Shown here piece after piece: positions 53,250-63,650 of a stretch of 64,000 bases of DNA. Origin of the DNA: an uncultured Nitrososphaeraceae archaeon (GTDB lineage Archaea; Thermoproteota; Nitrososphaeria; Nitrososphaerales; Nitrososphaeraceae); assembly GCA_963729045.1 (NCBI GenBank), contig CAVSMN010000013.1, positions 1 to 64,000 on the forward strand. Direction: 5' to 3'. Positions within the stretch are counted from its first letter, which is position 1. Each line of letters begins with the position of its first letter. The translations under genes and the position numbers were made by a program. The notes below the pieces were generated by a model. That model was not told the DNA's origin. It worked only from the letters and a program-made list of their open reading frames with translations, and searched no databases.

Positions 53250-53795
53250 ATGACTTTGCCTTCCAATAAAATATCTGACAACAAATCAAAATTGTATCCA
53301 TATCCTAGTAATTTAAACCACATTGCTGTAAGTGTAACTAATATTGAAGATGTAATAGCGTGGTACACAAAAGTTTTGGGTTTTAATGTTGTAAAACCAC
53401 CTTTCGAAGCCGTTGCAGATGACACTCACATAGGCAAGATCTTTCAAGATGTTTTTGGCAAGAACTTTAAGAAACTAAAGATTGCTCACTTAAGCTTTGG
53501 CAATCAAATTGGGTTCGAAGTTTTCGAATTCATTGAACCTAAAGAAGAGAAAAGGGAGGACAATTTTGAGTATTGGAAGACCGGATTCTTTCATATTTGC
53601 ATAACTGATCCTAATATCGAGGAAACCACGGAAAGGATTGTTGATAGTGGTGGTAAACAGAGAACTCAAATATGGGAGTTAACGAATGGAAAACCTTTCA
53701 AGGTAGTATCGTGTGAAGATCCGTTTGGAAACATCATTGATATTTATACTCATGGCTACGAATACCTTTGGAGATCTGAGAATTATCAAAAATAG
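53250..53795 (+). CDS. VOC/glyoxalase-family protein
   Basis: NHIAVSV...WYTKVLGF, FEVFEF, GFFHIC, EDPFGNII. Confidence 0.9.
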   Translation: MTLPSNKISDNKSKLYPYPSNLNHIAVSVTNIEDVIAWYTKVLGFNVVKPPFEAVADDTHIGKIFQDVFGKNFKKLKIAHLSFGNQIGFEVFEFIEPKEEKREDNFEYWKTGFFHICITDPNIEETTERIVDSGGKQRTQIWELTNGKPFKVVSCEDPFGNIIDIYTHGYEYLWRSENYQK

Positions 53796-53843
53796 GATTC
53801 AAAAATACTATATTATAAAAATATCAAAAGAGTAAATGCATTT

Positions 53844-54512
53844 TTAAGTTTGTCTTAACATTTTAAGTCTATCGCTAATCATTTCTTTAAGATCAAAATT
53901 ATTGCAAGAATTGTTGTTATCCTCTCCCGCCTCGCATTTTGAGTTTTGTTTAGATACTTGAACCTGATTTCCTCCGTCATTACCATTGCCACCATTGCTA
54001 GCGCTCCCACTGCCATCATCATCGTGTCTGGATATGCTTATGTTATTGCAAGAATTGTTGTTATCCTCTCCCGCCTCGCATTTTGAGTTTTGTTTAGATA
54101 CTTGAACCTGATTTCCTCCGTCATTACCACCACCATTGCTAGCGCTCCCACTGCCATCATCATCGTGTCTGGATATGCTTATGTTATTGCAAGAATTGTT
54201 GTTATCCTCTCCCGCCTCGCATTTTGAGTTTTGTTTAGATACTTGAACCTGATTTCCTCCGTCATTACCATTGCCGCTAGCGCTCCCACTGCCATCATCA
54301 TCGTGTCTGGATATGCTTATGTTATTGCAAGAATTGTTGTTATCCTCTCCCGCCTCGCATTTTGAGTTTTGTTTAGATACTTGAGATTGATCAAAATCTT
54401 TTTTTCCATGCGCACTATATTCCATAGATCCTAAGAAAGAAAATGAGGTTACAGTTAATAGTAAAACCGTTAATATCATTACAGATGTTTTTAAACGATG
54501 TTTAATCTGCAA
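53844..54512 (-). CDS. Secreted 4-repeat C-x9-C protein, charged variant
   Basis: Signal peptide; four QVSKQNSKCEAGEDNNNSCNN units with D/G/S/N linkers. Confidence 0.88.
   Translation of the reverse strand: MQIKHRLKTSVMILTVLLLTVTSFSFLGSMEYSAHGKKDFDQSQVSKQNSKCEAGEDNNNSCNNISISRHDDDGSGSASGNGNDGGNQVQVSKQNSKCEAGEDNNNSCNNISISRHDDDGSGSASNGGGNDGGNQVQVSKQNSKCEAGEDNNNSCNNISISRHDDDGSGSASNGGNGNDGGNQVQVSKQNSKCEAGEDNNNSCNNFDLKEMISDRLKMLRQT
53899..54384. repeat. Near-perfect intragenic tandem repeat (138/141/144-bp periods)
   Basis: Identical cores start at 53899, 54043, 54184, 54322. Confidence 0.95.
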
Positions 54513-54824
54513 ACTTTTACCCGTATATTTTTAAACAATAATATATAATATTACTATTTTTAAAGATTTGTATATAACTTATTTATATATCATAATAATA
54601 CTAAATAATTCTATTAATTTTATTATTATAATATCTTGAATTGAGGTTCTACAGAGATGAGGAAAATACTATCCTAGTATCATGCTTATCATCCAGAATA
54701 ACAACCATTTTTTTTAATTATCATGGCGCGTCACATTTTTTTGTGATATTTGTCAAAAGGTCAGATTTATTTCAAAATAACTTTGACAATGTTTTTCGTT
54801 GCTCAGACTTTTTCTTGATTCTCC

Positions 54825-54856
54825 CTCCCCACCTCCCCACCTCCCCACCTCCCCAC
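54825..54856. repeat. (CTCCCCAC)x4 simple repeat
   Basis: Direct reading; minus strand is (GTGGGGAG)x4. Confidence 0.92.
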
Positions 54857-55017
54857 ATACTTCAGGGACTACTACCAATTCTTTCAATTCCTATCTTTAA
54901 CTTCATCGAGATCAATCCATCCTTCATAACTTCTCTTGGGACTTCAAATATAGAATTCCTGGTTGAAGAAAGTAAGATTAATCTTGGTAGATCAGAAAAG
55001 AAAAAGAGAAAGATAAA

Positions 55018-57084
55018 TTGAAATACTATATAGGTTGCAGTGGATGGAAGAGCCCAGAATGGGCCAAGAAATTTTATCCTGCTGGATTGGAATCAACGCA
55101 ATATCTTTCGTATTATTCCAAACTTTTCAAATTTGTGCATCTTGACCTCGGCAAGAGCTTATTTCCTCCAAGCTCTATTGCTCTAAAAAAATGGGCGAAT
55201 GAAACTTCGGATGATTTTCGATTCTCTATAAAAATTCCTCAAAATCTTATCAATAAGACCATGAGATCAGACCAATTTGAATCACTTGGAAGGTTTTTGG
55301 AAGATTTACAAGTGCTAAAAGAAAAAATTCTTGTAATTTTATTGTCACCACCCCCCCAAGTATCCTTACGAAATACTGGACGTACCTGGTTAGAGGAAAT
55401 ACTGCATAACGCTACTTATCACGGTTTTTCTGTGGCTGTTGATTTTGGGAACACTAATACATGGTACCAAGAATTAACGTACAATATTTTAAGAAAACAT
55501 AATTCATCTTTTGCTTGGTCACATACCGGATATCGATATTACTATCCAGCCGTTACTTCTAATTTCATTTTCCTTAATCTTGATAATGCTTCTATCAATA
55601 ATGACCGAGCTATGAGATGGATCAATTTGATAAAGCAAAAGGAAAAGGAAACAGGTTATCCAAAATATACCAATAATGTTATTGATTATTCAATTATTGT
55701 ACTCCGGAACCCGTCCATGGTTCATCTTATTCAAAATTTGATAATTCCTAAACCTAAAAGTGTTAATTCATCAGAAGATTCCCAAAAGCCTTCTCTTGCT
55801 ACCCAAATCTGGTCGGGAAAAATTATCATGCACATTGACATGAATGCTTTTTTTCCAGCCTGTGAAGAACTGAGAGACTCTTCTCTTAAAGGTAAGGCCC
55901 ATGCAGTAATAATGACTCCTGAAAGAGAAGGCAGCTTGATAACAAGAGGAGCCGTCGCTTCTTGTTCATACGAGGCTCGAAAATTTGGCGTTAGATCTGC
56001 AATGTCTTTATCAAAAGCCAAGGAGTTGTGTCCTAGCCTTATACTAAAACCTGTAGACAAAGAATATTACAATTCGATCTCTCAACAGGTAATGAGACTA
56101 TTGGAGGAATATGCCGATGCATTAGAACAAACTAGTATCGATGAGGCATACATTGATTGCACTAAAAAAATTTCGCAGTATCAAAAACAGAATATTTCAG
56201 GAGATAATCCTGTCAATCAGAAAAAATTGAAAAATACCCCTAATAATTCCACAAGAAAATATGACATCCAGGAAGGTTTTTCAATCCGGGAATTTGCATT
56301 AAATATTAAAGATTCTATCAGGTCACAGTGTAATGGACTAATTTGTTCAATTGGAGTTGCGTCAAACAAGTCGGTTGCCAAGATTGCATCTGATTTTCAA
56401 AAACCAGATGGGCTTACTATCGTTTATCCTCAAGACACTATAACATTTTTGTCCGCACTGGCAGTAGATAGAATATCTGGAATTGGAATAAAAACTACAC
56501 GTACACTTAAAGACATGGGGATTGAGACTATAGGACATTTATCCGATTCGAATATCCAAAAACTGTCTGATCAATTTGGGAAAAAACAAGCACTGTGGAT
56601 GTGGCAGATAGCAAATGGCAAAGAAAATGAACCTGTTATACCGCGCGAAAACAACCTGTCCTTAAGTACCGAGGAGACATTGTTAAGACCCCTAATTAAT
56701 AAAAAAGATATCCTGAATATTCTTGTTAATGATATGGCTGATGATATTTATGAACGTGTCAGGAGAAAAGGATACAAGTTTAAAACTGTTGGAATCAAGT
56801 TAGTTAGGACTGATTTTTCAATTGAAACCAGAGAAATTACCTTTTCATCATATCAAAAGACTAAAGAAAGTATAATATCTGTTATGGGGACATTATTGAA
56901 TCGATTCAGTCTTAATGATGATGACAGCAACACCGAAGAGATTGGCGAAGGGGATATTCATACTGCCAATAGCTATGATGTAAATTCCATGTACATAAGA
57001 AAACTTGGCATTAAAGTGTCCAACCTGTTAAAAATAGATAAGGATGGAAGAAATCCTCAAAAATCCATAATGGATTTCCTTTGA
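55018..57084 (+). CDS. dinB: DUF72 domain fused to Y-family DNA polymerase IV (DinB/Dpo4)
   Basis: N-term YIGCSGW..W...FYP, L.YYS.F, FRFSIKIP; C-term HIDMNAFF, CSYEARKFGV, SIDEAY, AKIASD..KPDG, GIG.KT. Confidence 0.92.
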   Translation: MKYYIGCSGWKSPEWAKKFYPAGLESTQYLSYYSKLFKFVHLDLGKSLFPPSSIALKKWANETSDDFRFSIKIPQNLINKTMRSDQFESLGRFLEDLQVLKEKILVILLSPPPQVSLRNTGRTWLEEILHNATYHGFSVAVDFGNTNTWYQELTYNILRKHNSSFAWSHTGYRYYYPAVTSNFIFLNLDNASINNDRAMRWINLIKQKEKETGYPKYTNNVIDYSIIVLRNPSMVHLIQNLIIPKPKSVNSSEDSQKPSLATQIWSGKIIMHIDMNAFFPACEELRDSSLKGKAHAVIMTPEREGSLITRGAVASCSYEARKFGVRSAMSLSKAKELCPSLILKPVDKEYYNSISQQVMRLLEEYADALEQTSIDEAYIDCTKKISQYQKQNISGDNPVNQKKLKNTPNNSTRKYDIQEGFSIREFALNIKDSIRSQCNGLICSIGVASNKSVAKIASDFQKPDGLTIVYPQDTITFLSALAVDRISGIGIKTTRTLKDMGIETIGHLSDSNIQKLSDQFGKKQALWMWQIANGKENEPVIPRENNLSLSTEETLLRPLINKKDILNILVNDMADDIYERVRRKGYKFKTVGIKLVRTDFSIETREITFSSYQKTKESIISVMGTLLNRFSLNDDDSNTEEIGEGDIHTANSYDVNSMYIRKLGIKVSNLLKIDKDGRNPQKSIMDFL

Positions 57085-57259
57085 CGTTATTATTAATATT
57101 TTAATAAAATTTTGACCATTCTAGGACATTTAGGAAACTCTGGATAGATAAACAATAAAGAAAAACATATTTTTTGCCCTGTAATGGATTGATATCGACA
57201 CTTTATATACATCCTTAAATTTATAAAAACAGTATTCTAATTATTATTAGCCAATATTT

Positions 57260-57979
57260 ATGAGTGTACCATCTTCTTTCAACCACAAACATAAAATTAT
57301 TTATGACAACAATGTTTTAGAATTTCAAATAATTCGGACACAAAGAAGAAGAAAAACTAACGAAATTTTGATTGAATATGGCAATGTGTCAGTACGAACT
57401 TCAACATCATCATCCTTGAAAGAAATCGAGTCACTCGTAAGTAAAAAGGCAAAGTGGATATTTCAAAAAATCAAAGAACAAGATAATCCAGATGCATCAA
57501 TTAAAGTACCCCTTTATCAAAATAATTCTACTTTACCATATCTTGGAAAGAACTATGGATTAAGGATTATTGGTCATAATTCGAATCTATTGAGTTTTTC
57601 TAATGATGGATTTATTATTTACACCAATAGAAGAAACGTAAAACGCATTTATGAACAATGGTTAGCTAACATGGCTTATCCGATTATTAGTCCAATAATA
57701 GCAAAGTATTCAAAACTTCTAAATGTGTCACCTACAAAAATATTGCTAAAAAAATTGAAAAGTAGGTGGGGCAGTGCAACATATCGTAATATCATAAATC
57801 TTAATATCCATCTTTTAAAGGCTCCAATGGATGTAATTGAGTATGTGGTATTACATGAACTAAGTCATCTCATTGAAAGAAATCATTCTAAGCGATTCTG
57901 GAAAATAGTATCAGATAATATGAGTGATTATAAAATCAAAATAAGGTGGCTCAAAGTCAACGGCCCTTATATTTTATGA
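57260..57979 (+). CDS. YgjP/DUF45 (SprT-like) zinc metalloprotein
   Basis: YLGK.Y, KSRWGS, YVVLHELSHL..NHS.RFW. Confidence 0.9.
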   Translation: MSVPSSFNHKHKIIYDNNVLEFQIIRTQRRRKTNEILIEYGNVSVRTSTSSSLKEIESLVSKKAKWIFQKIKEQDNPDASIKVPLYQNNSTLPYLGKNYGLRIIGHNSNLLSFSNDGFIIYTNRRNVKRIYEQWLANMAYPIISPIIAKYSKLLNVSPTKILLKKLKSRWGSATYRNIINLNIHLLKAPMDVIEYVVLHELSHLIERNHSKRFWKIVSDNMSDYKIKIRWLKVNGPYIL

Positions 57980-58153
57980 AGGTCTTCTTTTAGTTTTAGA
58001 TATTTCATGTCTGTACTTTTTTTGACTAGCATCTTATTATTACTAAAGATTAGATAACCTTAGTGTCGCGGTCCTCACTGTACTTTTACTTAGAGTCGTG
58101 AGTCGTGTGATGCTAAACACTAAATAAATAAAACAGACCTTTCAATTAATTGT

Positions 58154-58954
58154 GTGTTCACGCTAAGGAATTGTATTCTTCACACTTTTGCAGTTATTTT
58201 TGCACTATTTTTTGTTCTATGGTATGTTGAAGTTGAAGTTGAAGTTGAACCTAAACTTGCTAGTGGTCAAAATATGAATCCAGATGCGAGTCTATTTAAG
58301 TGTGATTCGTATGTTGGCGAGTTTTATACGCTAAACAAGTCCTTGGATTGCGATTTTGAGAATGGTATATCAATAAATACCAATAATACTGTTATTAATT
58401 TAAATAACTTTTCTATTTTGGGTTCAGGTTACTTGAACCCTTATACCGGCATTTTGATATCAAATAAAGAAAATGTTACTCTAACGGGAAATGGAATAGT
58501 TGGTCATTTTCAAATTGGAGTCTACATAAATAACTCCAAAAATGTTGATATATCTAAAGTTAACTTCACAGGGAATGAAATTTCCATTTATGCTGCAAAT
58601 TCTTCAGGAATTCTCATAGACAATAATCGATTCTATACTAACACTGCCGGGATTAAATTCTTCACAAATGGTGATTCTATGATTTCAAATAACACATTTG
58701 ATTCTAATGATATTTCTTCTATTTCTTTATTTGGTTCTCATGATAATATAATAAATGATAATCTTATATCCAGCAGCTTGAATGGAATATTTGTTGATAC
58801 TAAAAGTACAAATACTTCTTTGAATTCTAATCATTTTACAAGGAGTTTTGGTGTAGACATAAACATAGGAAATGGAGGAAAATTTAACGAAATCGGTAAT
58901 TCAATTTCAAATAATACTTGCTCTATAAGTATACCTGAAAAATTGTGTAAATAA
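58154..58954 (+). CDS. Secreted right-handed parallel beta-helix (NosD-like) protein
   Basis: GISI..NN..INLNNFSI.G; repeated N.I.NN.F..N..GI. Confidence 0.85.
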   Translation: MFTLRNCILHTFAVIFALFFVLWYVEVEVEVEPKLASGQNMNPDASLFKCDSYVGEFYTLNKSLDCDFENGISINTNNTVINLNNFSILGSGYLNPYTGILISNKENVTLTGNGIVGHFQIGVYINNSKNVDISKVNFTGNEISIYAANSSGILIDNNRFYTNTAGIKFFTNGDSMISNNTFDSNDISSISLFGSHDNIINDNLISSSLNGIFVDTKSTNTSLNSNHFTRSFGVDINIGNGGKFNEIGNSISNNTCSISIPEKLCK

Positions 58955-59034
58955 CCAATACAATAATCCATATATATTAATCGATAAGTAATTCAAAATT
59001 TTTATACCATTTGTGTATAGTAGGTTTCGACAAT

Positions 59035-59217
59035 ATGAGTAATCAAGATGCCGAAAGGGATGAAATCAAAGATGAGACCCATGAACTACAAGACGATGAG
59101 AGCGATATAGAGGAAGAGGAGGAAGAGGAGGAAGAGGAAAAGGATATAGATTTTGAAGATGAAGATGAAGATGAATCCGAGGAGGAAAACAGTGACCCAC
59201 AGCCCGATAATGGCTAA
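59035..59217 (+). CDS. Very acidic small protein
   Basis: MSNQDAERDE...poly-E/D; TTTTATA ~30 nt upstream. Confidence 0.55.
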   Translation: MSNQDAERDEIKDETHELQDDESDIEEEEEEEEEEKDIDFEDEDEDESEEENSDPQPDNG

Positions 59218-59280
59218 CTGACTGATAATTATCCATTCTTTAGTAGCTGGAGGCAAATGCAAAGACAAAGGGTAACTGGC

Positions 59281-60141
59281 CTAATTGATGAATTCATTTC
59301 TTTTATTCTTTTTTGAAATATGGTCGGTAATATGATATTTGTTATACCAAAATAGGGCACCAGACATGATTATGAAATCAGCGATGTAAAATAAATCCCA
59401 CGGTAAAGCCGATGCTGAACCGTTGATGTAATCATTTGTATAGCCATTATCTGCTATAGCGTTTACTAATAACGATAACGAAGCTAGTACCCAAGGTACC
59501 GAGTGTTGGTACTCTCTATATATATTCAACAATATGGTTATCGAGGGAATAATTAAACATAAATCTAAAATTGGATATAGTAAAGTAACTACAAGATCTG
59601 ACCATCCATAACCTTTTTCAGCAGCATCAATCTCCCCATTATTTAAGAACGATTCTGGTAAAGGTAGGAAGCTAACAAAATTGACTATAACAAACCCTAT
59701 AACAACTGCAGAAATAATTGTCAGAGTTACAGACAAGTTTCTAATCCTTATGGTTCTAATAATGGATACCAAATGAAAAATAAGAAACAGATACCCGCCC
59801 AACCATAGCATATCTAATAGAGTTATTCGCTTAAATTCATCCACATGTAAGACAAAATAAGAGTACATTATTCCCAAGTCTGCTGCAAACCACAATGCAA
59901 TACCAATTGTTAAAAACAAATAAGATTTTCCATGGCTTCCAGAAATTCCATGTCTTACAACCGCTATTACGCCCAAACCCGTGGCAGTAGCACCTGCAAT
60001 ATTAAGACTAATTATTGCAATTGCATGCTGAAAATGTTCATCAGGGATTAATACTATGGATAAATCGACAAATATAATGCTCGAAACCATCAAAATTATT
60101 AGATACTTTAATGTTTTTTTATAACTTGATTCGTTTGCCAA
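59281..60141 (-). CDS. Polytopic membrane protein resembling a stand-alone membrane sensor domain
   Basis: 7-8 TMs; LWFAAD, DMLWLGGY, LYPILD, IAD..Y patterns. Confidence 0.7.
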   Translation of the reverse strand: MANESSYKKTLKYLIILMVSSIIFVDLSIVLIPDEHFQHAIAIISLNIAGATATGLGVIAVVRHGISGSHGKSYLFLTIGIALWFAADLGIMYSYFVLHVDEFKRITLLDMLWLGGYLFLIFHLVSIIRTIRIRNLSVTLTIISAVVIGFVIVNFVSFLPLPESFLNNGEIDAAEKGYGWSDLVVTLLYPILDLCLIIPSITILLNIYREYQHSVPWVLASLSLLVNAIADNGYTNDYINGSASALPWDLFYIADFIIMSGALFWYNKYHITDHISKKNKRNEFIN

Positions 60142-60366
60142 TTTATTTTACGTTAATGCCTTTCATAAATACCTTAATTGATGGACTATTTATCTATTAT
60201 CTGTGGATTTTTGCCTAATTGTGATATGACTTGATTGGTCTGGTCCTCTTTATCATAGTGTTTATCATAATTACTGTTTGTAATAATCTTAATTTTCTTA
60301 AACGTTCTAGCTTATTTAATTGGAATCCTGCTGAAAATATTTGGTAATTATGTCTAAATGGAATTA

Positions 60367-60879
60367 CTATTCGCCTACAAATTTTAGACCATACTTTGTT
60401 TCTCCTATATGAAGTGTTATTCTATCATCATCGGTTTTGATATTGGGGATATTGGTATTATAGTCATTTTTAATAGGCATCCCTACTTCTTTGAAATAAT
60501 TTTCAAATCCTGCCGGAGAAATAATCATAATTAATTTACCTTCCTCTACCCCAATTTTCTTATATGAGTGAAAAATATTACTCTTTAAATTCAAAAACAT
60601 TCCCGGATCCGCTTTAATACTTTTGTCTCCATACTCGAAAAGAAAATTTCCTTTGACCACATAAAATACAATATTTTCATTACTATGTTTGTGAGGAGGT
60701 ACATTCTGCTCGACCCCTGCTGGAAATAGTAGTTCTAAGACCGAATAATTTTGATCAGTTTCTTTTCCTGTAATACCTATGGTATATATCAATCCTCCCA
60801 AAAAATATCTAGAGCAATCATTTTTTGTACTCTCGTTTAGATGATTGTGTTTTATGAGGCTGTCTTCATTCATAACCAT
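60367..60879 (-). CDS. Cupin domain protein
   Basis: PPHKH...FYVVKG, H.Y, SPAGFENYF. Confidence 0.88.
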   Translation of the reverse strand: MVMNEDSLIKHNHLNESTKNDCSRYFLGGLIYTIGITGKETDQNYSVLELLFPAGVEQNVPPHKHSNENIVFYVVKGNFLFEYGDKSIKADPGMFLNLKSNIFHSYKKIGVEEGKLIMIISPAGFENYFKEVGMPIKNDYNTNIPNIKTDDDRITLHIGETKYGLKFVGE

Positions 60880-61017
60880 AGTTAGTAATTATTGATATAA
60901 GCATTCTAGTTGTGCTTTACCAGTCAAAAATTTAGGGTGTAAACTGTGAGAATAAAATATACATTCAACATTGTATTATCATTCACCATTGTCAAATTAC
61001 CATTTTAATTTATACAA

Positions 61018-61349
61018 ATGAGAGTAACTTTTTTAAGAATTAAGAGTTCTTACAATCTTTTCGGGATATTTGCTATCCATAGTCCAGAAGCTTGTCCATT
61101 AAATAATACCAAAAAGAGGTCTTTAAAGAGATCTTTAATAAATTGCAGTCAAACTCTGAAAAATATGGGGTAAAAAATATCAGTGGATTCTATATGTCTG
61201 TGCTTAAGCATGAGTGGATTATTATGGTTGAAGCAAACAGTGCTCATGATATAGAACAACTCTACATTGATTCAGACATCTTTTCCTTTAATACAGTGAA
61301 AATAGTTCCATTGAAAAACTATCAAGACGTCGTAAGCAAGCTTGCCTGA
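61018..61349 (+). CDS. DUF3303-like small protein (frameshift in A-run ~61111)
   Basis: Upstream frame FGIFAIHSPEACP joins ORF with H...MVEANS...VKIVP. Confidence 0.65.
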
Positions 61350-61417
61350 TATTATTCATTTACTTTTGTATTTTTTATATATTTATAGAGAACCATGCTA
61401 CTATAACTTGATATTTT

Positions 61418-61804
61418 TTGGCTAGTGCGAATAATTTTGGAATAGAAAAGGGAAAAGGCGATGTAGCGATAAAATGGATAAATGAATTTATCATAAAGAG
61501 CAACAAATCTTTCAAAATTTCTATTACAAATAATCAAATACATACCTTAAATTTTGGAGATTTTGATTTGGTGGAATGGAGCGGTGATTGGAGCATAGCC
61601 AGAAACGTCATAAAAAAATCAAGTACAAAATTAAATATCAAAGTAATTGAGGCTGGATATCATAAAAAACATAACATCCTTGAAGCATTTTTTGGAATGA
61701 GCCAAGAATTTTGCAAAGTTTATAGCAGTGGAAAATTTGTTGGGACATTGATCCTTAAAAGAAAATCAGGCAATTGGATTGTAGATAAAGAGAAACGCGG
61801 ATAG
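61418..61804 (+). CDS. Hypothetical protein
   Basis: 128-aa ORF, TTG start with TATA-like box upstream. Confidence 0.6.
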   Translation: MASANNFGIEKGKGDVAIKWINEFIIKSNKSFKISITNNQIHTLNFGDFDLVEWSGDWSIARNVIKKSSTKLNIKVIEAGYHKKHNILEAFFGMSQEFCKVYSSGKFVGTLILKRKSGNWIVDKEKRG

Positions 61805-61857
61805 CTAATGATCCATTCTTATTTTCGTCATGTTTGTAGACTTTATTATTAATATTA

Positions 61858-62325
61858 TCAGGAAGACACTCTTATGCCTTCATTTGTAATGTTTATATCT
61901 TTATTATTTGCATCGACCTTATCATGCATTATCCACTTTTGGGTCGGAAGAATAATGTAGTTTTGTGTAATTGTGAGTTTTAGATCATCAACGTAAAAAA
62001 TTCCGCTTACTAGAATTGTTTTTTTATCTAGGATTCTGGATTCAAATACTATTTCACCAGCTTTATCAACAATCAAAACATGATCAAGATCTGATTTTTT
62101 TATTTTCAGATCTGGGGAACAATATTTGCATACGTTCTCTACGACTTCAATTACTAACTTATTGTCGGGATCGACTATATTGACCGAAATAAAAGGATTT
62201 TGTGAATCTGATATTTGTTCTAATTTGAATAAAGATTTTTCGTTATACCTTATGCTTCTTGGACTATTTGATATAAAGTTATTACCAATCAATAATGTAA
62301 AAGTCATGTTATATGTGTGATCCAT
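61858..62325 (-). CDS. Hypothetical beta-rich protein
   Basis: 155-aa ORF, no recognised motif. Confidence 0.6.
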   Translation of the reverse strand: MDHTYNMTFTLLIGNNFISNSPRSIRYNEKSLFKLEQISDSQNPFISVNIVDPDNKLVIEVVENVCKYCSPDLKIKKSDLDHVLIVDKAGEIVFESRILDKKTILVSGIFYVDDLKLTITQNYIILPTQKWIMHDKVDANNKDINITNEGIRVSS

Positions 62326-62416
62326 TACGTATCTATTTTATTCTTCTCATTTGGAAATTACATATACATTTAAAACTGTTCTAATATGCTCAAAGATTGT
62401 GTCACTAAAGAGCGAT

Positions 62417-63298
62417 ATGGCGATTGGTGTAATTGGGGTTGGCATGTTAGGTACTGGGATTATAGAACGATTAATAGAACTAGGTACTAAAGTGAATGTT
62501 TACGGTAGGAATAAAGCCAAACTCACTTATTTTCAGGATAAGGGTGCAAAAATATTTAGCGATGCCCGAACCTTGGCTGAACAAAGCGATTTAATAATAA
62601 CCTGTGTTACTAATTTTGAATCATTGAAGGAAATTCTGTTTCAGAAGAATGGTGTGATGAAATGTAGTAACAAGGAACTAATCATTGCAGATTGTACAAC
62701 CGTCAATTCTGATCAATCTTTGTACTGTTCAAATCTTGTAAGGGAGCGGGATGGATTTACGTTCCTGAGCACCCCGGTGATGGGTGGACCCAATGACGCG
62801 AAAAAGGGGGAACTTATTTCTCTTGTTTCAGGAAATGAAACCTCATTTAAAGAAATCCGTCATGTTTTGGAAAAAATTTCCAAACACGTATTTTATGTTG
62901 GCCAAATCAATGGGGTTTCTAATTCCATAAAATTGGCACTCAATCTAAATATAGCCATAATTACCTTGTCCTTGTCTGAGGGATTAATTTTAGCCAAACA
63001 TAGTGGAATAGATCCAAATCTCTATTTACAAATCCTTAATCTTACTAAGCTTAAAACTGGAATTAGTGAAAGGAAAGGTCAAATGATGATAAATAATGAT
63101 TATTCGCCTTCTTTTTTCCTAAAAAACATGTTAAAAGATATAGATCTAATGATGGATGCATCACAAGATTTGCGGCTGTTTCTACCCATGACCTCCTTAT
63201 CACAGCAGCTTTTTAGGGCAGCTAACAATAGTGATGATAGAAAAAATAAAGACTACTCGGTAATCTACCAGTTTTTGGAGGAACTAAATTCTAAATGA
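62417..63298 (+). CDS. NAD(P)-dependent beta-hydroxyacid dehydrogenase (3-hydroxyisobutyrate/tartronate semialdehyde family)
   Basis: GVIGVGMLG, PVMGGP..A..G, KLALN, F.LK.MLKD. Confidence 0.9.
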   Translation: MAIGVIGVGMLGTGIIERLIELGTKVNVYGRNKAKLTYFQDKGAKIFSDARTLAEQSDLIITCVTNFESLKEILFQKNGVMKCSNKELIIADCTTVNSDQSLYCSNLVRERDGFTFLSTPVMGGPNDAKKGELISLVSGNETSFKEIRHVLEKISKHVFYVGQINGVSNSIKLALNLNIAIITLSLSEGLILAKHSGIDPNLYLQILNLTKLKTGISERKGQMMINNDYSPSFFLKNMLKDIDLMMDASQDLRLFLPMTSLSQQLFRAANNSDDRKNKDYSVIYQFLEELNSK

Positions 63299-63650
63299 AA
63301 CCATCTCATGATAGATGAAAAAATGTTAAATTAAGAACTGTCATGACCATATTTTTATGTTAAAAAATCTAAGACATTTTGATTTTGATAAGGAAGGCAA
63401 TCTATTATGGTGCCGGGCCGAAATTAATGTTTTTCACACAATCGTCAGTAAATTTTTTTTAGTAATTTATTGCAGATTTTATGTATCATCATTAATATAA
63501 TTTAGTGAAAATGGATAAAATATCATACCAGGCATAGCACATAAAAACTCGATCAAAAATAAAGGCATTATATGGGGAGAAAACCCTGAATTTCTCGCAA
63601 TTATTAGGAAAACTATATATCATTTAATCACGCTATTATAGTATATCTTT

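Noticed and set aside
54641..55021. 126-aa ORF upstream of DUF72-DinB
   Set aside because: No recognisable motif; spans a simple repeat and the probable promoter region; likely spurious
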